A stretch of DNA of 64,000 bases from Candidatus Fimimonas sp. Lineage in GTDB: Bacteria; Bacillota; Clostridia; Christensenellales; CAG-314. The notes below the pieces were generated by a model. It did no database searches, was not told the DNA's origin, and worked only from the letters and a program-made list of their open reading frames with translations. Position numbers and translations under genes: made by a program. Shown here one piece after another: positions 54,183-62,100 of the stretch (position 1 is its first letter; each line of letters starts with the position of its first letter). The stretch covers positions 44,314 through 108,313 of the forward strand of contig JAZRHU010000042.1 in assembly GCA_045644945.1 (NCBI GenBank), written 5' to 3'.

Positions 54183-54689
54183 TTAATTTAGCGGAACAAG
54201 AAACATGGAGATGTTTCTACCTTCCGTAGTTGGCTGTTTGTCGATTTTTGCAACGTCTTTCAAGAGTTCGGCAAAGCGTTTCATTACTTCTACACCTTGG
54301 CTTGCGTATGCTTGTTGACGACCGCGCATACGGATTGTTGCCTTAACCTTGTTGCCGTCTTGCAAAAATTTGCGTGCGATGTTGGCCTTTGTTTGCAAAT
54401 CACCAACGTCGATGGTCATAGAAAGCCAAACTTCCTTGACTTCGATAACCTTTTGGTTGCGTTTCATTTCCTTTTCACGCTTGTTTTGTTCGTACTTGTA
54501 CTTGGAATAGTTCATGATCTTGCATACTGGCGGAACAGAGTTTGGAGAAATTTTTACAAGATCAAGTTCTTGCTCGTCTGCCAAACGTTGTGCTTCGTAT
54601 GCTGATACAATACCAAGTTGTTGTCCGTCGCTACCAATAAGGCGTACTTCCTTGTCACGAATTTGCGTGTTGATCTGAAGCTCTTTAAT
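54183..54689 (-). CDS. infC: Translation initiation factor IF-3, with a non-canonical ATT start.
   Basis: The reading frame is open back to a stop at 54705-54707. ATT (54689-54687) sits 8 nt after GGAGGA. It gives (M)IKELQINTQIRDKEVRLIGSDGQQLGIVSAYEAQRLADEQELDLVKISPNSVPPVCKIMNYSKYKYEQ, which aligns with the IF-3 N-domain. The track ORF starts only at the internal TTG at 54584. Confidence 0.9.
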   Translation of the reverse strand: MKELQINTQIRDKEVRLIGSDGQQLGIVSAYEAQRLADEQELDLVKISPNSVPPVCKIMNYSKYKYEQNKREKEMKRNQKVIEVKEVWLSMTIDVGDLQTKANIARKFLQDGNKVKATIRMRGRQQAYASQGVEVMKRFAELLKDVAKIDKQPTTEGRNISMFLVPLN

Positions 54690-54713
54690 AGTGGTGTCCT
54701 CCTGTTAGACAAA

Positions 54714-54847
54714 TAAAAAAGTGTGGCATCAAGAACATACCACACCAATAGAATTTGCGCCAAATTGCGCAAAGTAATTACATATTAGTTAACTGACGAA
54801 CGTCATTCGGCAGTGAGAAATGGTATTTCTTCTTGAATTGCAAAGGT
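54714..54847 (-). promoter_or_regulatory. infC operon leader with an intrinsic attenuator (L20-leader type).
   Basis: The ~130-nt leader ends in the hairpin GTGTGGTATG...GATGCCACAC (54721-54746) plus a T-run (54715-54720 on minus), just upstream of the infC SD. Its position matches the L20-responsive attenuator of Firmicutes. Confidence 0.6.
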
Positions 54848-54876
54848 ATTATAACAAAAAGTGGAAACAAAGTCAA
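54848..54876 (-). promoter_or_regulatory. Consensus-like sigma-A promoter of the infC-rpmI-rplT operon.
   Basis: In minus orientation: TTGACT (54876-54871), 17 nt spacer, TATAAT (54853-54848). Confidence 0.75.
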
Positions 54877-54904
54877 ACGATTTTGCACCACTTTTTGCTT
54901 AAAT

Positions 54905-56389
54905 TTAGTTAATTTTTTCCAATTTGTCACCACAAATGTATGCATCAACTTTGCGACTTTCGTCCACGAGATAAACTTGTGCATTGTACTTTTTGAGTAC
55001 TGGCAAAATACCGCGGAAGCGATCCAACGCCTTGTTTTTGTTAGGCAAAAGCAGGTCGTAGATAACACCACCATCACCGCACACACCTTGGCCGACAAGC
55101 AACGTCAAGTTACTTTTATCCTGTTGAACAAATGTATTATTTCTGTAGTCAAGATGCCAGAACAAATCATTTTGGATTGTTTCAATATCATCAACTTTGG
55201 GAATGTAGATGTAACCCAATGTGTAGTGAGTAAGCCACAACGCTGGAGGCCCATCCTTTTTGAGGTCTTCTTGAGTCATTGTTGCAAGGTTTGGCGCCAT
55301 CGATGCCAAATGGGCAATCTTTTCGCGCCCCAAAAGAGGAGTTCCTGTCATATTTTTGCCATCAGTCAGGTCAATTTGGAACATTTCGGGGAATGGAACT
55401 GGTGGTAACTTTTGATAGTAGTTGGAAATGGCCTCCACAACATCGCCAAGAGTTGCAAGTGCAATGTCGCTATCGATATATCTAATTGTAAACCACGCAT
55501 GATACATTTCTTCACCAAGCGCACAAGTAAGGTAGTTTTCGATATCTTGCACATAACTAAAAGTTTTGCGCTCACTAGAACGAAGTTTTTCCGGAATAAA
55601 CACGCGAAGTTCACTTTGACCATTTTCGCCACACTCGGTAAAGTAGGCAACCTTACTACTTTCGTTAAGCTTTGTCTTACCTTTATACTTGACTACACCG
55701 CCCTTAAGGCAAGGAATCATCTTCCAACCATTTTTCACAAAGACACTTGGCATATCGTTGAACACTTGTGCCAAAAATTGCAAGTCAAGGGCAAATTCCG
55801 GAGCGCTCGCGCATGCGCGCGCGTACAATACATAATTACCATCCACAACACGACCAAAAAGTTCCACTGGGAACATTATGCGAGAGAGTTCCTTGTTGAA
55901 AATTTTTGATAACTTTTTGTCATTACCCTTGTCGATACACTTTTTGATTTTGTCGTATTGCTTTTCCAAAAATGCACCAATTATGTAGTACAGAATGTCG
56001 TAGTAGATAACCCTGTCTCCTGGTTGACGGCGCAAACAGCACATGCCATCTAAATCCATTTCGACATAGTGGCCAGACAAATCAGCCGAGTCCCCACCAA
56101 AAGAGGAGCAACCTTTGCACTTTGCATCAACAAGTTTGCGAAGTTTTTCGTCATACTCGTCCTTTGTGAGCACAAACACATCGCAAGGCACAATGTGGTT
56201 TGGAGCATCGATATCCAAAGTTACAGCTTCCACCAAACTATCGATAAAATATGGTGGAATACTACCCAAGTTTTCGTCGCCAATGCCAAGTTTTTGTAAG
56301 GTTACTTGACCATTGAGTTGCTCAATGGTCTTGTCTTCCGGCAAAATATAGTAGTTAAAATGATAGAAAATACCTTTTAGTTGTTGCAT
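54905..56389 (-). CDS. Hypothetical protein (494 aa), no recognisable domain. It is the last gene of the TIR / RyR-domain cluster.
   Basis: Start at ATG 56389 (MQQLKGIFYHF) with an AAAGGA SD 6 nt upstream; the track uses TTG 56407. It lies 61 nt after the stop of the 835-aa gene. It contains a Cys cluster (KCKGCSSFGGD...GMCCLRR) and has no TM helix or signal peptide. Confidence 0.7.
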   Translation of the reverse strand: MQQLKGIFYHFNYYILPEDKTIEQLNGQVTLQKLGIGDENLGSIPPYFIDSLVEAVTLDIDAPNHIVPCDVFVLTKDEYDEKLRKLVDAKCKGCSSFGGDSADLSGHYVEMDLDGMCCLRRQPGDRVIYYDILYYIIGAFLEKQYDKIKKCIDKGNDKKLSKIFNKELSRIMFPVELFGRVVDGNYVLYARACASAPEFALDLQFLAQVFNDMPSVFVKNGWKMIPCLKGGVVKYKGKTKLNESSKVAYFTECGENGQSELRVFIPEKLRSSERKTFSYVQDIENYLTCALGEEMYHAWFTIRYIDSDIALATLGDVVEAISNYYQKLPPVPFPEMFQIDLTDGKNMTGTPLLGREKIAHLASMAPNLATMTQEDLKKDGPPALWLTHYTLGYIYIPKVDDIETIQNDLFWHLDYRNNTFVQQDKSNLTLLVGQGVCGDGGVIYDLLLPNKNKALDRFRGILPVLKKYNAQVYLVDESRKVDAYICGDKLEKIN

Positions 56390-56450
56390 AGATGTCCTTT
56401 TGTGCAATCAATTTATACATATTATCTGACCGAGATTTGTAAATTGGTGC

Positions 56451-58958
56451 TTATTTCGGAATGGATTTCAAATTTTTCAAAAGAATTTGCGAAGATTTCG
56501 AAATTTTAGCTAATTCTCCAAATAAAAATTTATATGTGTATATTACTTGTCCAACGTGAACATTTACAAGGTCATAGGCTTGTGTCCATTTATCCAACAT
56601 GTCGTACGGACAAATGCAAGTGTGCTGTTTGTTGTGACGGCGGAATGCCTTTTCCGATTTGTCATACTCGGCATAGACCCAGCCGTTGGCGATATGGAAA
56701 CGGTTCCAACGAAGGTGCTCTACCCTTTCGCAATACTCGCGATCGGAAGATTCGTCAACAAAAGCGTAGTTAATTGCAAAACTAAACGCGCTTCGATTAG
56801 ACTCACGCGCAAAAGCGTTTACATCCAGCCAAATGTCCTTTCTTGCCACATCTAGCAGAGCCGTATCGTACCAAGCGCCATCATCACGAGCAATACTATC
56901 AATGATTTGTTGCTCGATTGCAGACAGTTGTTCTTGTCCACCACGTTCCGCTTCCATAGCGTGCGACTTGACATTGTACATGTAGTTGTACATACTTGCA
57001 CTTTCATCATCGATAATGTTGCCATAGGACCAAATGTTTTCGCGACAGCCAAATGAAACAACTCTAAAGTGGTTTGCAAAGAATTTTTCGTCTTCTGGAG
57101 ACCAATTGAGACGATGTGCGTTCTTTTCATCACGGATATGTACAAAAATTGTAATAATCTCGTTGTCCAAAGCGCCATGAGGCTTGCCTGTAAGCAAAAT
57201 TTCGTGTTTGAAGTCGTCAATCAAGATGTTTGCCATAACAAGGTTATCTTCGTCGTTACCCATGGACACAACAAAGGAGTTATAGTGAACACTGTCCTTG
57301 TCGAAAATTCCCAAGGATTTATCAATCTTGTTCATAAAGTCTTGACGCAAGCAGGAAACACGGTGGTAGTCGACAATTGGGAAGGCCATATCTTCCCACA
57401 CTTGATCGCGAGTCATTTGCAAAGGACTTGCTTTAGCTCTATCGTAGATGTACTTCAATGCATCATTAGATGCTTCCTTGCCCCAAGCAATAAGATTAGC
57501 ATTAGATATAGGCATGTGATCTGCCGCATCCGTCTTGCAAAGGAACAATGGATGAGCGTACGCAAACTCGCCCGAGCGCTTGTCCGCATCAAGGTCGTAC
57601 ACGTCAGCAATAAATTGAGAAGAAACATACTTGCCATCCACCTTTGCGACATTGGATGTAGCGGCAAAAATACTCTTTAGTGCATATTGACCAGTTTTAC
57701 CAAAGCCAAAGATAGCTGTGCGATAAACATTTTCCGCACCGGGCAATGTGCTTTTACGATAATTGTTGTGACTGGCTTCGTCCCACTTTTTCATAAAGGT
57801 GTTTTGCCAGCTTGTTACAAGGTCATCAGCTGTAAGTTTTGCTTCGCTCAAAATGTGCAGTTGCAAACTACGCAAAATGAGTTGCTTTTTGCTAATGGAT
57901 TTGCCGTATTGGTCAACAATTTGGGTGTTTTCAATGTAGTTAAGCTTGAAAAAATTATCAACAATTGCAGAAATACGTGTATTGTAGAACTCGTAGTTGA
58001 TGTCACCATGAGTTAACAAGTAGTAGTTAACAACTGTAGGGATTGGGTCAACCTCGTCCTTAGCTTTGCTAAATTTGCTCATACCCTTGCAGTAGTCATT
58101 GAGCAAAGATTGAATATCGTCAAACACGAAGTTACTATTGTGGTTTTCCGCAGCATACATGTTTGCATCATTTAGCAAGGAGAAAATGTGCACCATCTTG
58201 TTGTGATTGAAGCCCTTGTCGCGTTTTTGGCAACTCTTTTTGGTGTAATGTAGCTTTTTGAGAAGGGATAGCTCGCGATCTTTGTCGGAAACTTTTGCAT
58301 ATGACCAGTAGATGTAGCCACGATCCATAATTTCGCGATGCAACTCGTTTTTGTTGTCAAATGCTTCCAGTTCGTTACCCATAAACAAAATTGCGTAGGA
58401 ACTGCGCACCCCACGAGATTTTTCCACTTGATCAATATCTGCAGCCATGATAAGTGCTTCTTCAGTAACATCGGGGAAAATGTAAACAGTATCAAACTTG
58501 CGCAAAAATCCGCCAATCTTAAAGAAAGAGTACACCTCGTAGCTAACGCAAGTAGACAAAATGAGCAATGTGGATACACCTGCGTACGCAACCGCACCGT
58601 AGTACAAAATTTGCGCACCAACATCAATCATCCCCAAAAAGTCGTTTGGAGCGTAGGTGCCTTCGAAAGTTAGACCACCAATGAGCGCATACAAAGCAAA
58701 CAAACCGCTAGAGATACCATCCCAAATAGAATCAAAACCGCCTTGCTCTTGTTGCACATATAAAATTGCAACAATAAAGCGCGCAATGAAACTAACAGCA
58801 ATGGTACCGCCCATGATGATAATTTCGTTCATAAACTTGCGTTCTGGGTGTTTTTGGCGCAGTTTGAAGTAGGCAAGTAGCGTAAGCCCTTCCAAAACGG
58901 CCAAAATCAACACAGCCAAAATGCCAAATAATATGGAAATCAAAATATCTGTCCACAT
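56451..58958 (-). CDS. Membrane protein with an N-terminal 4-5 TM bundle, two Rossmann/RCK (TrkA_N)-like modules and a C-terminal RyR-type domain.
   Basis: 835 aa with an AAAAGGAG SD. TM helices lie in residues 1-145. Module 1 is TVYIFPDVTEEALIMAADID...AILFMGNE. Module 2 has the dinucleotide loop RTAIFGFGKTGQYALK and SMGNDEDNLVMANILIDD. The C-terminus VEHLRWNRFHIANGWVYAEYD...KQHTCICPYDMLDKWTQAYDLVNV follows the RyR-domain pattern (H..W......GW.Y....K.H....PY..L......D). Confidence 0.75.
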   Translation of the reverse strand: MWTDILISILFGILAVLILAVLEGLTLLAYFKLRQKHPERKFMNEIIIMGGTIAVSFIARFIVAILYVQQEQGGFDSIWDGISSGLFALYALIGGLTFEGTYAPNDFLGMIDVGAQILYYGAVAYAGVSTLLILSTCVSYEVYSFFKIGGFLRKFDTVYIFPDVTEEALIMAADIDQVEKSRGVRSSYAILFMGNELEAFDNKNELHREIMDRGYIYWSYAKVSDKDRELSLLKKLHYTKKSCQKRDKGFNHNKMVHIFSLLNDANMYAAENHNSNFVFDDIQSLLNDYCKGMSKFSKAKDEVDPIPTVVNYYLLTHGDINYEFYNTRISAIVDNFFKLNYIENTQIVDQYGKSISKKQLILRSLQLHILSEAKLTADDLVTSWQNTFMKKWDEASHNNYRKSTLPGAENVYRTAIFGFGKTGQYALKSIFAATSNVAKVDGKYVSSQFIADVYDLDADKRSGEFAYAHPLFLCKTDAADHMPISNANLIAWGKEASNDALKYIYDRAKASPLQMTRDQVWEDMAFPIVDYHRVSCLRQDFMNKIDKSLGIFDKDSVHYNSFVVSMGNDEDNLVMANILIDDFKHEILLTGKPHGALDNEIITIFVHIRDEKNAHRLNWSPEDEKFFANHFRVVSFGCRENIWSYGNIIDDESASMYNYMYNVKSHAMEAERGGQEQLSAIEQQIIDSIARDDGAWYDTALLDVARKDIWLDVNAFARESNRSAFSFAINYAFVDESSDREYCERVEHLRWNRFHIANGWVYAEYDKSEKAFRRHNKQHTCICPYDMLDKWTQAYDLVNVHVGQVIYTYKFLFGELAKISKSSQILLKNLKSIPK

Positions 58959-59090
58959 AACAAAAACTCCTTTTGTATGTCTTTTACATCGATTGTTGCA
59001 AGTACAAAAGGTACATTACAACGTGTTTTAGTGCTCAAATAGCAACACTTTACGTTTGCAGAAGTTACTCCACAAGCCAATTATTTTAAC

Positions 59091-59119
59091 ATTATACCAC
59101 AAGTGGTATAAAATTTAAA
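59091..59119 (-). promoter_or_regulatory. Extended -10 promoter for the 835-aa gene, overlapped by a perfect 8+8 palindrome.
   Basis: In minus orientation: TTTAAA (59119-59114), 17 nt spacer, TGGTATAAT (59099-59091). The palindrome TATACCAC-AA-GTGGTATA (59093-59110) covers the -10 element and the spacer. Confidence 0.6.
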
Positions 59120-59123
59120 CTGT

Positions 59124-62100
59124 TTATTGGTATTTTTTCATTGCTTGGCGCACTTCGCCCAATATTTGCATGCAAGATTTGTCCATTGGATTGTCATTTA
59201 GCAAAGTTTGCAAAACTTCTTCCGCCTTTTCCAATGGCTCGATACCAGCAAATTGACCAAGAGTCAAACAATATTTAGCCAAACTTAGCCAATCATCCCA
59301 TTCGTTTGTGATGGTTGCAAAATCCAAAGCAATTTCGATAGCTGGAGCAAGGTGTTCAACAGCACTTTCAACATCGCCAATTTGATAGTAATATGCACCC
59401 AAACTGTGTTCCACTTCAGCAAGCAATCTTGTTGACGTAGCATACAATTGCGCATGATCTTCCATTTGATCATCATCTTGGATTTGCAAACAAAATTCGC
59501 GCCCTTGAGTTAGCAAGCCCTTTGCAATATTGTAGTAGTCCACAGCATTTTCGTAATCGTAAAGGTGGTCATAGCAATCGGCAACATCCTTACAATCACT
59601 TCCGCATGCTACCAAGTTGGCGCAGTTATCGTCCTTTTGAGCCATTGCAAGCGTGTCGGCAACAACCATCAAAAGATAGTCCAATTGCTTGGAATACTCT
59701 TGGTTATCTTTGTGGAAAATTGCAAATCTGCGCCAAACATCCGTCAAAACTTCTTGTTCTGCATCATCCTGCTCTACAGCAGATTTTGCACACGCCAAAG
59801 CCTTGTTGTAGTACTGCAAAGCAAGATTGTCGTCATCGGCAAAGTGACAGATGTCTGCAACAGTTAGGTAAGAGCTGGACAAAACTTCGTCGGGGTACAA
59901 TTTGAGTTTTCGTAGTTCCGTCAAGTTTTCTTCAAGCACACCTATACCATCAAGCATACATTGTTTTGCTTTGTCCACTTGTTCAATTTTAGTATAGATT
60001 TGGCAAAGCTGATAGTTTGTTGAGTAAATACTACGCGCATGAGTTGGTGACTTGGAAATTTGCATCACTTGCTTGATTGCTTCTAGTCTACTTTGGCAAT
60101 AGAAAATGGCTTTGTCGTACTCTTGCATATCTACATAGAGGTCGGAAAGATCTTCCAACAATGAGATATGTACGTCAAAAATGTACGGTGAGTTAACACG
60201 ACTAACCAAGTCTTTGCTTATAGTCAAAGCATTTTCGTAACACTCAATTGCCAGCTCGTCATTTTCTTCAATTAGATGGTAAAAGTTACCCAAATATGAC
60301 AAATCCACTATACATTGGCGCCAGTTTTCGGCAGATTCGTGCGCTTTGGCATAGTTTAGGTCAAGCTCAAAGGCTTTGAGGGCATACTCCAATGATTGAT
60401 CAGGATCCTTTTCCACTAGCAAACTAGACAAACCGTAGTAAAATGGAGCCATATCGCGTAGATAGTTATCATTTGGAATATCTTCGTGCAACTTCAAAAG
60501 AACGTCCAATCCTTTACCATACAACTCTTCACTCTTTTCGAGGTCCTTCAGCCCGAGCATCATTCTTGCCAAGTTGTAGTAGCAATCGGACAAAAGTTCA
60601 TAAAACTGCGTAGTTGGATTGTTTTCAATCAGTCCTAAAAGCAATTTTTCCGCATTGTGCAACATTTCAACAGCTTTTTCTTGATCGGAAAGGTTGTCGT
60701 ACAACTTTGCAACACTTATATAGGTGGATGCAAGGGTATGTTGAGTTTCCGGAATAGGTGCAAATTTTACCAATTCTTCACGGAGATACAACGCTTTTAG
60801 AATGTAGTCCTCCGCCTCGTCGTAGTCGCCCAAAGCGCGAGCATTGGCAGAAAGATTGAAGAGTGTTCGAGCAAGTCTTTGTCTGTCAGCAACGTCCGCT
60901 TGCTTGTCGGCAAGTTGAATAGCAATGTCCAATGCTTTGAGATACCAGTTGCGCTCTTCCAACAAGTCTTCCTCGAAGTTGGCAAGGCTTGCCATTCGCG
61001 CGTAGACAACGTGCAAAGAGTCCTTGGTATAGTCGGTGTTTTGTTCTTGATCTAACCTTTCGGCAAGAGCCAAAGCTTGCAATATGACTTCGCGAGCATT
61101 TGGGATATCACACATTCGTTCGTAGATATCGTACAAGTCGGTGTAGCAACACAATAGTGAATCGTCGCAATATGCGCGGTTATCTGGATCCAACTCGGCA
61201 ATCATGTTTAGCACACGCAAACGATCATTGTGGTAGGCAAGGGATTGTTCGTATTTACCTTGGCTTTCGTAGCATCTACCCAAGTTTCGGTAGCAAGTAG
61301 ACAGGTTGTAGCATGTGTCAATAGAAGGATCAATTTCCGCGAGCTCTTCGGAATATTTCAAAGCCAAAAGATAGTACTCTTGCGCCTTGTCAAATTCGTA
61401 TTTAGAGCTGTGCACTTCTCCAAGGAAGTTGCATGCGTAGGAAAGCATACTCTTGACAAATGCAAAATCGCGTTGTTCGGCACATCCTAACCACCACTCG
61501 CAAAATCCCTTGAGGGTGTTGTAAACCTGGATGGATTTGTCGTAGTCGAGTAGCGATTTGTACATATCGCCCAAGTTGATAAGCTGTGAGTAGTAGTCAA
61601 TCTTTGTATCACGCAGCCCTTGTGGCAAAATTTGTTTGATTACGTAGACATAGCGTTCTTGCCATTTGATGGCCTCAGTTATATCACGTTCGACGCCCTT
61701 GCCATACTTGTACATGTCAACAATGGTTTCAAAAGAACTAAAATAGCCCCTGCCTGCGCAATATTTGAGCATTTCTAGCGCTCGTGCGTGGTCAACTTCC
61801 ACATCGATACCATCTAGATATGCCAAAGCAAGCAAGTGATAACGTGGAACGTCATCTTTGGGATCCACATCGCGTGGGAAGAACTTTGCAAGTTCTTGCA
61901 TAAGCACTTGCTCGTCACTTTCGCTAATTACTGTGGGCAAATTTGCGTACTGATTTTTGAGCATAGATTTGTCCGTTGGACACATTTCTACTGGCATAAC
62001 CGCTTTGCCACTTTCCAACGCCATGGGGTACTCTACCGCTTGAACATAGTTGGGCTCGCAAACAAGATTAGGAGTTACCGAAAGCAAAAACAATTGGCTT

